DNA from: Candidatus Latescibacterota bacterium
Lineage (GTDB): Bacteria; Latescibacterota; UBA2968; UBA8231
Assembly: GCA_965200315.1 (NCBI GenBank)
Contig: OZ241362.1
Location: 3,616,001-3,680,000, forward strand
Length of the DNA: 64,000 nucleotides
Direction: 5' to 3'
Positions 16,559 through 25,009 of this stretch are shown piece after piece; positions within the stretch are counted from its first letter, which is position 1; the number at the start of each line of letters is the position of its first letter. A program made the translations under genes and the position numbers. The notes under the pieces were generated by a model that was not told where the DNA came from, made no database searches, and saw nothing but the letters and a program-made list of their open reading frames with translations.

Positions 16559-17071
16559 ATGCGTTATGCTTGCTATGCCGTACTACTTTTTTCTCTTCTG
16601 TCCTGTCAAGTAATACCAGGAATCGTACCAGCCCCTATAGGGAACTACGACTTGAATGCCCTTGAAGTCATAGTCGAGCCTGAAAAGATCGAAGTGGGTG
16701 ACACGGTGATCCTTACGGCTTTCTTCGACAACAGAGGGCGTACTGCTATTCCGAAGAAATCATTTCGTGCTGAACTGCTCATCAACGGAGAGAGAGAATT
16801 TATTGATTACGAACCGGGTCCTGTTAAGGTTAAGGTTTACCAAGCGGATCCTGCCAAGGTTTACCAAGAGCCCCCTTCTCCCGAGATGCTTCATTATAAG
16901 AACATGGATTCTACTTTGTGGTATGAAATAGGTTTCACGCCTCCCGAACCGGGTACCTATCGCTACGAGTTCGTTCTCGATCGGGCTGACGATCTTCGTG
17001 AGACCAATGAGACGAACAATGTGGTGGAAAGTACGTTCGTCGTGGTTGCCAGCGGCGATGGGAGCAACTGA
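16559..17071 (+). CDS. Lipoprotein with CARDB-like Ig domain; lower GC than its flanks
   Basis: LLSC lipobox; PGTY....VLD..DDLRETNETNN. Confidence 0.75.
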   Translation: MRYACYAVLLFSLLSCQVIPGIVPAPIGNYDLNALEVIVEPEKIEVGDTVILTAFFDNRGRTAIPKKSFRAELLINGEREFIDYEPGPVKVKVYQADPAKVYQEPPSPEMLHYKNMDSTLWYEIGFTPPEPGTYRYEFVLDRADDLRETNETNNVVESTFVVVASGDGSN

Positions 17072-17084
17072 GAAGTCCTCGAAA

Positions 17085-17345
17085 AATCGCCTCAGCAACA
17101 ATTTATTATTTACGGTAAGTTCAGTACGACTTTCTAAATGGATGGTGTAAGCCATCGCATCTATCAAAGTTTCCCTTCTCTTTTTATTTCTGCCCGTATT
17201 TCAGTGTATTCCCGAAAATCGGTTGCCGATCCAACTCTAAGGCATCTTCTAAATCCTGAAGTCGTTGCATTAGAGAGCGATAATCTTCCATTGCTGTTTC
17301 TCGCCCTTTTTTATTTACGACATATCTCGGCTTGATATTGAGCAT
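17085..17345 (-). pseudogene. Decayed RelBE-like toxin-antitoxin pair
   Basis: MLNIKPRYVVNKKGRETAMEDYRSLMQRLQDLEDALELDR / frameshift / ATDFREYTEIRAEIKREGKL*, then a RelE-like start MAYTIHLE at 17155 that is truncated. Confidence 0.6.
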
Positions 17346-17394
17346 AGTCGTCTTTCTGTTGCGAGATTTTACGACTCAACGAAAGTCTGCACCT

Positions 17395-17706
17395 CTATTC
17401 GGGCAGCGCGATTTGGGGGTCGTCGGGGTCGGGGCGGTAGAGGAGCAGCGTGTGGCCCAAGACCTGCACTAGGTGTGACTCGGTAGCAGCGGCAAGCTGC
17501 TCGCCGGCTTCGCGGCGGTCGAGGGGGCTGTTGCGCTCGCAGCGCACCTTAACCAACTCGCTGTTGGCATAGGCTTCGTTGAGCGAGCGGATAACGGCAG
17601 CGGAAAGTCCCTCTTTGCCCAAATACACGGTCGGGCGCAGCGCGTTGCCTAGGCCACGCAAGTAGCGGCGGTCTTTGCCGCGCAGCATAGATGGGAAGTC
17701 TGTCAT
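17395..17706 (-). CDS. yhbY: CRM-domain RNA-binding protein YhbY
   Basis: RRYLRGLG..L.P.V.LGKEG, ELVKV, LVQVLGHTLLLYR. Confidence 0.92.
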   Translation of the reverse strand: MTDFPSMLRGKDRRYLRGLGNALRPTVYLGKEGLSAAVIRSLNEAYANSELVKVRCERNSPLDRREAGEQLAAATESHLVQVLGHTLLLYRPDPDDPQIALPE

Positions 17707-17725
17707 GATTTATAAGGCTCCATAC

Positions 17726-17902
17726 TCATAGATAGGCGACGGCTTGCTCACGTGATACCGTGGGAAAATCTTCAAGGAATTTGTCGAGCAAATCCCCTGC
17801 GACAATATGCTAAATCAAAATTTCAACGGGAACGCGGTTTTCGGCAAAAACTAAGACACCATTCATAACCGCCGGATTACGAGAGACAATTGCCTTCTTC
17901 AT
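17726..17902 (-). pseudogene. DUF433 antitoxin pseudogene
   Basis: GGAGG RBS; MKKAIVSRNPAVMNGVLVFAENRVPVEILI*HIVAGDLLDKFLEDFPTVSREQAVAYL*; in-frame TAG at 17812-17810. Confidence 0.8.
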
Positions 17903-18018
17903 AGGTTGAACCTCCGTTTCCTAAGGCTGAAGTGCAAATTGCGATAGCCTTAGCCTAGGTATTGAATATAGACGTGCCGTCCTGTCGAGTTGGAACGCTT
18001 TTTGCCGTTAGACTTGGT

Positions 18019-20418
18019 ATGTCTGCGAGCAAAAAGACGCTTCGGCGGCCCGCGCTGTGGACGGCCCTCGGATTCGGAATCGGCATTTTCTTAGGGCGGA
18101 CTGTGGAAATGGGCTTGGTTGCATCGGCAGCCCTGAGCAAGTTGGCACTTGTCGGCGCGGCCACAGGCTTCTATCGCAAGGCGCGTTGGACGGGGTGGAT
18201 GCTGTGGGTGGTCGTCGTCCTGTTAGGCGTTATGCGTTACCACATCGACACAGCTCTGTCCCCTTTGCCGCACTTAGTCGCGCTCGAGGTCTTTGGCCAG
18301 CGCGGCGTGGTCACCGGGCGCATCGTCCAAGAGCCAGAGCGCAGCGACGAGCGAATGCGCTTTGTCTTAGAATTGGAACAGGTGGTCGCCGACAGCGCCA
18401 TCTACCACTTGAGTGGGCGGGTGCTAGTCGCGGTAAAAGACGTGTACTTGCCGGCCGATTACGGCGACCGCGTATCCCTGCGCGGAAGGCTGCAACAGCC
18501 CCGTGCAATGCGAAATCCTGGTACATTCGACTACCGAGCCTTTTTGGCCCAGCAAGACATCTACGGTACGCTCTTCGTCGGCAAACCCGAGCAAGTCGTA
18601 TCCGTAGAGCGCTTGCCCGGGCACTGGCTGTACGAAGACGTGGTGTTGCCCCTTAGACGCTCGGTGCGCCAGAGCATTGAACGCAACCTCTCAGGAGCAC
18701 CGGCCGGACTGTTGCTGGGCGTTCTCTTGGGAGAGAAGCAACGGATTCCCGAACAGGTGCGCACTGCGTTTCGCAGCACCGGGCTGGCCCACGCGCTCGT
18801 AGTCAGTGGCCTCCACGTCGGGATGGTAGGCGGGTTCTTCTTCTTCGGCTTCCGGCTCCTGCGGCTCGCCGACCGACCGAGCTCCGCAGCCACCATCGCC
18901 GCACTGGTGCTCTATGCCCTCGCAACCGGGGCACAGGTGCCAGTGGTGAGAGCGGTACTGATGGGAGCGGTGGTGCTGTTGGGACGGGTGCTCCGGCGGC
19001 AGGGCGACATCTATAACACCCTTGGGCTGGCGGCGCTAGCGATCTTGGTGATATGGCCGGAGAGTCCGTGGAGCCTGAGCTTTCAACTATCCTTTGGCGC
19101 GACGTGGGCCATCGTCGCCTTGCACGGGCCGCTCGCCTCGCTTTTCCCCGCAGCCTTTCAACGCGCTGATAGCCGGGTCGGCCGCTGGGTCATAAGCCCC
19201 CTGTGCGCCTCGCTAGCGGCCCAGCTCGGCACGGGGCCTTTGATCGCCTATTCCTTTCAGCAGCTAGCACTCGGGGCCGTGGTGGTCAATATAGTGGTAG
19301 TGCCGATTTTGGCGCTCGCCGTAGGCTTGGGCCTGCTAGCCGCGTTGACGGGGTGGATTTTGCCCTCGATCGCCACCGCGTTCAACGCCGCCAATTACTT
19401 GGTCCTCGTGGGGCTGATCGAACTGGTCTCGTGGTGGGCCGCGCTACCCTTTGCATCTGTGGCCGTGCCGCGGCCGGGGGTGCTCTTTATCGCCGTGGCG
19501 GCCGCACTCTGCCTGCTCGGCCCGCTTCTGCTCCATAGGCCATGGGCGCGTAAAGCCGCCATTTTCGCGGCGCTCATCTATCTCAATGTCTCAGTATGGA
19601 CCTACGCGCTCCGCTCCCGCGACTTGGAGATCGTCTTTTTAGACGTGGGCCAAGGCGACGCGGCGTTTGTGCGCTTCCCCAACGGCAAAACCATGGTCGT
19701 CGATGGCGGCGAGCGCAGCGAATACTTCGACTGCGGAGAACAGGTGCTGTTGCCTTTCTTGCGCTACATGGGCGTCTGGCGGGTCGATGTCGTCCTGGCC
19801 TCGCATCCGCACAACGACCACATCGGCGGGCTGGTAGCCCTGTTGGAGCAAATGGAAGTCGGCCACTTTCTCGACAGCGGACAGGTCTATGACTCGTGGA
19901 CGGCGCGGCGGCTGCGGGAACTCATTGCCGAGCGGAATGTACGCTACCACCGGGTCGCAGCGGGCGACAGCTTGGCGGGTTTGGGCGGAGTCGCGGGACT
20001 GGTCCTGCATCCGACTGCGGACTTTGTCGATGCAGACGGCAACACTCCTTTGGGCCTCAACAACGGTTCAGTGGTCTTTAGCTTACAGCACGGAGCCGTG
20101 CGAGTGCTCTTTACCGGCGATGTAGAGCAAGAGACCGATCCGGCGATCCTCGCTTGGGGGGCGCGGCTACAGGCGCACTTGCTCAAGGTGGCTCACCACG
20201 GCTCGCACACCTCGTCGCAGCCGCTTTTTGTCTCAGCGGTTGCGCCGGCAGTGGCGGTGATGTCGCTGGGAGAGGGCAACAAGTTCAAGCACCCGGCCCC
20301 AGAAGTCGTCGCACGCTACGCAGCGCACGGGGCGCGGGTGCTGCGCACCGACCGCAGCGGTGCGGTGCAAGTGAGGATTGACGGCGCGAACACGGCCGTG
20401 CAGACGCTGCTGGAGTGA
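18019..20418 (+). CDS. comEC: DNA uptake protein ComEC/Rec2
   Basis: RNPGTFDY, GLAHALVVSGLHVG, SFQLSF, FLDVGQGDA, SHPHNDHIGG, KVAHHGS. Confidence 0.95.
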   Translation: MSASKKTLRRPALWTALGFGIGIFLGRTVEMGLVASAALSKLALVGAATGFYRKARWTGWMLWVVVVLLGVMRYHIDTALSPLPHLVALEVFGQRGVVTGRIVQEPERSDERMRFVLELEQVVADSAIYHLSGRVLVAVKDVYLPADYGDRVSLRGRLQQPRAMRNPGTFDYRAFLAQQDIYGTLFVGKPEQVVSVERLPGHWLYEDVVLPLRRSVRQSIERNLSGAPAGLLLGVLLGEKQRIPEQVRTAFRSTGLAHALVVSGLHVGMVGGFFFFGFRLLRLADRPSSAATIAALVLYALATGAQVPVVRAVLMGAVVLLGRVLRRQGDIYNTLGLAALAILVIWPESPWSLSFQLSFGATWAIVALHGPLASLFPAAFQRADSRVGRWVISPLCASLAAQLGTGPLIAYSFQQLALGAVVVNIVVVPILALAVGLGLLAALTGWILPSIATAFNAANYLVLVGLIELVSWWAALPFASVAVPRPGVLFIAVAAALCLLGPLLLHRPWARKAAIFAALIYLNVSVWTYALRSRDLEIVFLDVGQGDAAFVRFPNGKTMVVDGGERSEYFDCGEQVLLPFLRYMGVWRVDVVLASHPHNDHIGGLVALLEQMEVGHFLDSGQVYDSWTARRLRELIAERNVRYHRVAAGDSLAGLGGVAGLVLHPTADFVDADGNTPLGLNNGSVVFSLQHGAVRVLFTGDVEQETDPAILAWGARLQAHLLKVAHHGSHTSSQPLFVSAVAPAVAVMSLGEGNKFKHPAPEVVARYAAHGARVLRTDRSGAVQVRIDGANTAVQTLLE

Positions 20419-20581
20419 GAGCTATTTTGCCCCCTCTTAAAGTTTGGCACGGCGAGAGGCCCACCAGTAATCTTGGTAACTCAGGAGCACGACGCATGAA
20501 GCTTTTGGCAGGAGGAGACAAATGGTAAAGGTTGCTACTATTCGGCGTCCATCGGCGGATTATCTTATGAATGTATGAATG

Positions 20582-20609
20582 ATGTAGGGTTGCTATAGCA
20601 ATCCTACAT
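20582..20609. repeat. 28-bp near-perfect palindrome, possibly two MITE-like ends back to back around TA
   Basis: ATGTAGGGTTGCTA|TAGCAATCCTACAT; the left arm resembles 47750-47772. Confidence 0.65.
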
Positions 20610-20695
20610 GACTTGCGGTGCTTGCCGGGTTGTGCTCTCAGCGAACTTAGCCCGGCCGGTGCCTAATGTGTGTGCGTACCGGCTGTTGCCGGCCG

Positions 20696-20768
20696 GCGGG
20701 CGAGACGCCCGCGCACCCAGACACCCGCGCACCCAGACGCCCGCGCACCCAGACGCCCGCGCACCCAG
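20696..20768 (+). repeat. REP-like hairpin GCGGGCGAGACGCCCGC extended by a 4 x 16-bp tandem repeat
   Basis: AGAC(G/A)CCCGCGCACCC at 20703, 20719, 20735, 20751. Confidence 0.85.
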
Positions 20769-20808
20769 CGAGTAGAACGAATCAAAAACGACCCGTAACT
20801 GAAGTCCC

Positions 20809-21897
20809 CTACTCTCCCAACCCCAATTCGGGCCGCTCAATCAAGGCCCGCAGGCGGTCGAGGAAGCGGGCCGCCGCGCCGTTTTCGAGTAGCCGACTCT
20901 CAACCGTCAGACTCAAAGCGATCAACGCCCGCGGCACCACGCGGCCCTCGCGCACGGCCGGGCGCTCGACAATGCGCCCTAGTCCCAAAGCAGCGCGGTG
21001 GGGAGGGCGGAGGATCGGGGTAAAGGCATCGATGCCGTACATGCCGAGGTTGGCGATGGCAAAGGTGCCGCCCTGCACGACCTCCGGCTCCAAGGTGCGT
21101 CGCCGCGCCTGAAGCGCTAGGGAGCGGGCCGCGGCCGCGAGTTCGGCCCAGCTTTTGGTATGCGCGTCGCGGATGACCGGAGTCGTCAAGCCATCGCCCG
21201 TATCTACGGCGAGGCTGAGATGGACGGCCTCTGTCTCTGCGGCATTCAACTGAGGATGCTCGGCCAAGGCCACGACCGCTAGCTTGGCAATCAGGTGGTG
21301 ATACGCAGGGGCCGGCGCGTCTTCTGCTTTGAGCTGCGACCACAACGTCACCAGCTCGGTAGCATCTGCTTCGGTCGTCAGGATCGCCGGGAGCGTTTGG
21401 CCGCTGCGGGCGGCGACCGCACGAACGTCGCGCTCGACGATCCGGCCCGTGCGTCCACTGCCGGTGAGTACGCGCCATTCCACCCCGAGTGCCGAGGCCA
21501 CGCGCCGGGCGCGAGGGCTGATGGTCGGTCCTGCGGAGCGAGCTGGCGCAGACGTTGGGGCTGGCTCTGGCTTTGCTACGGACGCCGGTTCTGCAGGCGT
21601 TGGAACCGGTTCTGCGGCGGGAGTTGGAGCCGGCGCAGTCGGCATTTCCTCGCCGGGCTGCAACAGATAGCCCAACAGGGTGCCCACCGGCACGGTATCG
21701 CCGGGTTGGGGCGCGTCCGGGGGGATGCGCAGGATACCGCCGGAAAAGGTCTCGATCTCGTTGAGGGCCTTGTCGCTTTCTACCGTAAAGAGGATTTCGC
21801 CAGCCTCAACCGCGTCGCCATCGGCTTTGAGCCACTCGACGAGCGTACCCTCCTCCATGGTCCACCCCAAGCGGGGCATTGCGATTGCCTCGGCCAT
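20809..21897 (-). CDS. 2-oxoacid/acetoin dehydrogenase E2-like protein with degenerate acyltransferase active site
   Basis: Lipoyl domain (VESDKA), Pro/Ala linker, ISPRARR binding domain, GGTFAIANLG; SLTVESRLLENG where DHRxxDG is expected. Confidence 0.85.
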   Translation of the reverse strand: MAEAIAMPRLGWTMEEGTLVEWLKADGDAVEAGEILFTVESDKALNEIETFSGGILRIPPDAPQPGDTVPVGTLLGYLLQPGEEMPTAPAPTPAAEPVPTPAEPASVAKPEPAPTSAPARSAGPTISPRARRVASALGVEWRVLTGSGRTGRIVERDVRAVAARSGQTLPAILTTEADATELVTLWSQLKAEDAPAPAYHHLIAKLAVVALAEHPQLNAAETEAVHLSLAVDTGDGLTTPVIRDAHTKSWAELAAAARSLALQARRRTLEPEVVQGGTFAIANLGMYGIDAFTPILRPPHRAALGLGRIVERPAVREGRVVPRALIALSLTVESRLLENGAAARFLDRLRALIERPELGLGE

Positions 21898-21907
21898 GCG
21901 CTTGATC

Positions 21908-22885
21908 CTACTCGGCCATCAGGTCGCGGATGGCCCGTTCTAGGTCCTTCCTGTTGGGCGCGACCGCGGCCTCTAAGGACGCGCTGTACGGCGTGGGTAC
22001 ATGCGCGCCGTTGAGGCGGCGCACCGGCGCGTCGAGGTCGTCGAAGGCCCGGTCAACCACTTCGGCGGCGATTTCCGCACCCATGCCACAGGGAGCAAAG
22101 GTCTCATCGGCGATCAGCAGGCGGCCCGTCCGGTGTACGGATTCGAGTACCGTATCAATGTCGAGGGGAGACGTAGTGCGGGGGTCGATGACTTCGACCG
22201 AGATGCCCTCGCCGGATAGGGCCTCGGCGACTTGGAGCGTCTCGGGCACCATGGTCGTCAGGGCCACGACGGTCAGGTGCTCGCCGCGGCGGCACACGGC
22301 CGCTTGGCCAAAGGGAATAGAGTACGCCTCTGCTGGGACTTCGCCTCGGGTGTTGAGCAAGGACTTGTGTTCGAGGAAGAGCACCGGGTCGTCGCCGCGC
22401 AGGGCTGTCTTGAGCAGGCCCTTGGCGTCGTACGGGTTGGACGGCACCGCGACCTTAAAGCCGGGCAGATGCGTAAAGATCGGATAGTAATTGCCCGAGT
22501 GATGGGTAGCGGCCGCGCCGCCGACGCCAATGCAGCCGCGCAGGACGATGGGCATTTTCAGGCGGCCGCTGCTCATGTATTGCATCTTGGCGATCTGGTT
22601 GACCAGTTCACCGAACGCATCGAGGATGAAGTCCAAGAACATGAAATCCACTACGGGCCGCGTACCGGTCATGGCTGCGCCGGCGCACAAACCGACGAAG
22701 CCGCGCTCGCATATCGGGGTGTCGCGCAGACGCTGCGGGCCGTACAGATCGAAGAGGCCGGTGGTGGTGTTGAAGTTGCCGCCGCGCGGACCAATGCCTT
22801 CGCCGACGACGAAAATGGTCTCGTCACGCGCCATCTCCTCGGCCAGGGCTTGGTGCGCCGCTTCTACATACGTGAGTTCGGGCAT
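21908..22885 (-). CDS. TPP-dependent dehydrogenase E1 beta subunit
   Basis: RDTPICERGFVG, NPYDAKGLL, DPVLFLEHK, EVIDPRT. Confidence 0.95.
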   Translation of the reverse strand: MPELTYVEAAHQALAEEMARDETIFVVGEGIGPRGGNFNTTTGLFDLYGPQRLRDTPICERGFVGLCAGAAMTGTRPVVDFMFLDFILDAFGELVNQIAKMQYMSSGRLKMPIVLRGCIGVGGAAATHHSGNYYPIFTHLPGFKVAVPSNPYDAKGLLKTALRGDDPVLFLEHKSLLNTRGEVPAEAYSIPFGQAAVCRRGEHLTVVALTTMVPETLQVAEALSGEGISVEVIDPRTTSPLDIDTVLESVHRTGRLLIADETFAPCGMGAEIAAEVVDRAFDDLDAPVRRLNGAHVPTPYSASLEAAVAPNRKDLERAIRDLMAE

Positions 22886-23883
22886 TACGCGCCGCCCCTT
22901 TGGCTAAAGACGTGGTCGGCCACGGTGGCCGGGTCGGGCCACGGGCTGTCGTGGGCAAATTGCAGGGCCTCGGCGATCAGCGCGGAGACGTCCGCTGTGA
23001 TCGCGTCGAGTTCTTCTTGGCGGGCGTGGCCTGCATCTAGCAGCCGCTGGGCAAAGGCCGGGATGGGATCGCGCTTTTTCCACGCGTCGATTTCCTCGGT
23101 GGAGCGATAGCCCCCGTCGCGCATTCCCTCGGCGTGGGGCCGGGTGCGGTAGGTCTTGCACTCCATGAGAGTTGGGCCGCCGCCTTGGCGGGCGCGCGTT
23201 ATCGCTTCGCCAGCCGTCGCGTACACCTCCGCTAAGTCGTTGCCGTCGACGGCGATGCCGGGCAGTCCGTAGGCTGCGGCGCGGTTGGCCACCCGTGGAT
23301 TGCGAGTGGTATCGACAAAAGCCACTTCCGTGGCGTAGAGGTTGTTTTCGCAGACGAAGAGCACCGGCAACTGCCAGTTGGTCGCTAGGTTGATGCCTTC
23401 GTGGAAGGCACCGTTGGCTACCGCTCCGTCGCCAAAGAACGCCACGCCGACCTTGGGGACCCCCAAGAGCTTAAAGGAGTAGCCAGCCCCGGCGGCTTGG
23501 AGGATGCAGGGGCCGACGATGCCGCTGGTGCCCATCATCCCCACTTGCGGCGAGAAAAGGTGCATGGAGCCGCCGCGCCCCTGCGAGCAGCCGGTGGCTT
23601 TGCCAAAAAGCTCGGCGATCAGCTCCTTGGGCGGTACGCCTTTGGCGAGGGCGTGGCCGTGGCCGCGATGTGTGCTAAAGACCGCGTCGTCGTCGTTGAG
23701 GTGGGCGCAAACGCCGGTGGCAATGGCTTCCTCGCCGACATACGTGTGGCAGGCACCGGGAATCAAGCCGGCTTGGTAGGACCGGGCGAGTTGCTCTTCG
23801 CAGCGGCGGATGACCAGCATCTGGCGATAGAGTGCCAGACAGGTATCCTTATCGGGCAGAACTGCTTCGGTTGAGGTAGGCAT
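22885..23883 (-). CDS. TPP-dependent dehydrogenase E1 alpha subunit
   Basis: HRGHGH, GRGGSMH, FFGDGA...ENNLY TPP motif. Confidence 0.95.
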   Translation of the reverse strand: MPTSTEAVLPDKDTCLALYRQMLVIRRCEEQLARSYQAGLIPGACHTYVGEEAIATGVCAHLNDDDAVFSTHRGHGHALAKGVPPKELIAELFGKATGCSQGRGGSMHLFSPQVGMMGTSGIVGPCILQAAGAGYSFKLLGVPKVGVAFFGDGAVANGAFHEGINLATNWQLPVLFVCENNLYATEVAFVDTTRNPRVANRAAAYGLPGIAVDGNDLAEVYATAGEAITRARQGGGPTLMECKTYRTRPHAEGMRDGGYRSTEEIDAWKKRDPIPAFAQRLLDAGHARQEELDAITADVSALIAEALQFAHDSPWPDPATVADHVFSQRGGA

Positions 23884-23949
23884 GGCGGCGAATATAGCGA
23901 TTTTTTTGTCTTTGAAAAACTACCCGCGTGGCTCGCGGCCATTGTCGTC

Positions 23950-24100
23950 TTCTCCCCCGGATTCTGTCAAGGAAAGCTAGCGGTTCAACGGTCTCAATTC
24001 CGCGTTCAAAATGGGGCTTGTCTGCGGGGGTCATCTAAGAAGTCTTTATCATACGACACCAAGAATGGAGGAAATGTTATTGACGTAGGATCGGATGTCG
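23950..24100 (-). pseudogene. PIN_3-like toxin C-terminal remnant
   Basis: SDPT...FLVSYDKDFLDDP / frameshift / FERGIETVEPLAFLDRIR. Confidence 0.5.
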
Positions 24101-24162
24101 CGTCTCAATCCGAGGAATTGAGCGTTATCGAATTGGCCACCGCCCCACCAATTACGGCCCAA

Positions 24163-24729
24163 TCACAGATCGATCCAGTAGCGCAATTTCTCAATGCACT
24201 GCGCGGGTTTGCGGCCCTCGGCGCGAAATGTTTGGCTGGGCATGGGCATCGCGCTCTCGAATTGGCCGCCGTTGTGCTCGATGATCTTGCGCGAGCCAAT
24301 GTTGTCTGAGTCGCAGGTGACCAGCACGCGGCGCAGTCCGATTTCCCGCGATACCACCAGCGTCAGGGCGAGGATGGCCTTGCCGTAACCGCGGCACCGC
24401 CGCGAGGGTCGGATGCTGTAGCCAATGTGCCCTCCGTAGGTGAGCAAATACGGAGTGCAGAGCTCGGGCCTTATGGAAGTTTGGCCGATGTACTCGCCGT
24501 CGTGTACGAGCCAGAGTACTTGGTCTGGGTACCGCGTCCGCGAGCGCGTCGCGTCGGCGAGGGCCTTGAGGTCGCGCACAAATTGCGGGAACTGGTCGGC
24601 GAGGGAATCGCTCTCGTAGCCGAGGAATCGGGCGTACGTCGAATCGAAACGGCCTTCGGCTGAGAACTCGGCCGCGCCCTCTAGGAAGCTATCCCGGTAC
24701 AGGAGGGAGGGAGGGACGAGGCATTGCAT
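24163..24729 (-). CDS. GNAT family acetyltransferase
   Basis: GGHIGYSIRPSRR.RGYGK, LVTCDSDNIGSRKIIE.NGG. Confidence 0.9.
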   Translation of the reverse strand: MQCLVPPSLLYRDSFLEGAAEFSAEGRFDSTYARFLGYESDSLADQFPQFVRDLKALADATRSRTRYPDQVLWLVHDGEYIGQTSIRPELCTPYLLTYGGHIGYSIRPSRRCRGYGKAILALTLVVSREIGLRRVLVTCDSDNIGSRKIIEHNGGQFESAMPMPSQTFRAEGRKPAQCIEKLRYWIDL

Positions 24730-24857
24730 GAGTTAGATATAACATGGTAGGCAGAATTGTGCAGATGAGGGGCAAGGATAGGGTGTGGCGGCTAGACCGT
24801 CAACTTGGCGAGGCGCACTTGCCCATTCGCAGGCACGGGTCTTAATTGCCTACATAG

Positions 24858-24940
24858 TATGGAGCGGCCCACTGGCCAACTCGCCGAGCTGTTCAAGGCG
24901 AATTTCGCCGCTTTTGCAGACGAGGCTCCAACGACCGTAA
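24858..24940 (+). promoter_or_regulatory. Candidate SAH-riboswitch-like leader of ahcY
   Basis: TGGAG...AGGCTCCA-ACGACCG layout directly upstream of ahcY; only a partial match to the consensus. Confidence 0.35.
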
Positions 24941-25009
24941 AGCAAGCCGGACCGGCGTGAAGAATTTGCCACCTAACAAAAGCACTCATCACCTACCAAG
25001 GAGAACTCA

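Noticed and set aside
17810-17812. Stop-codon recoding at the in-frame TAG of DUF433
   Set aside because: TAG ends many normal genes here and the partner toxin is missing; a pseudogene is simpler
20445-20460. Sigma54 promoter (TGGCACG)
   Set aside because: The -12 TTGC element is absent (GAGG at that position)
20703-20768. CRISPR array
   Set aside because: 16-bp head-to-tail units without spacers; no cas genes
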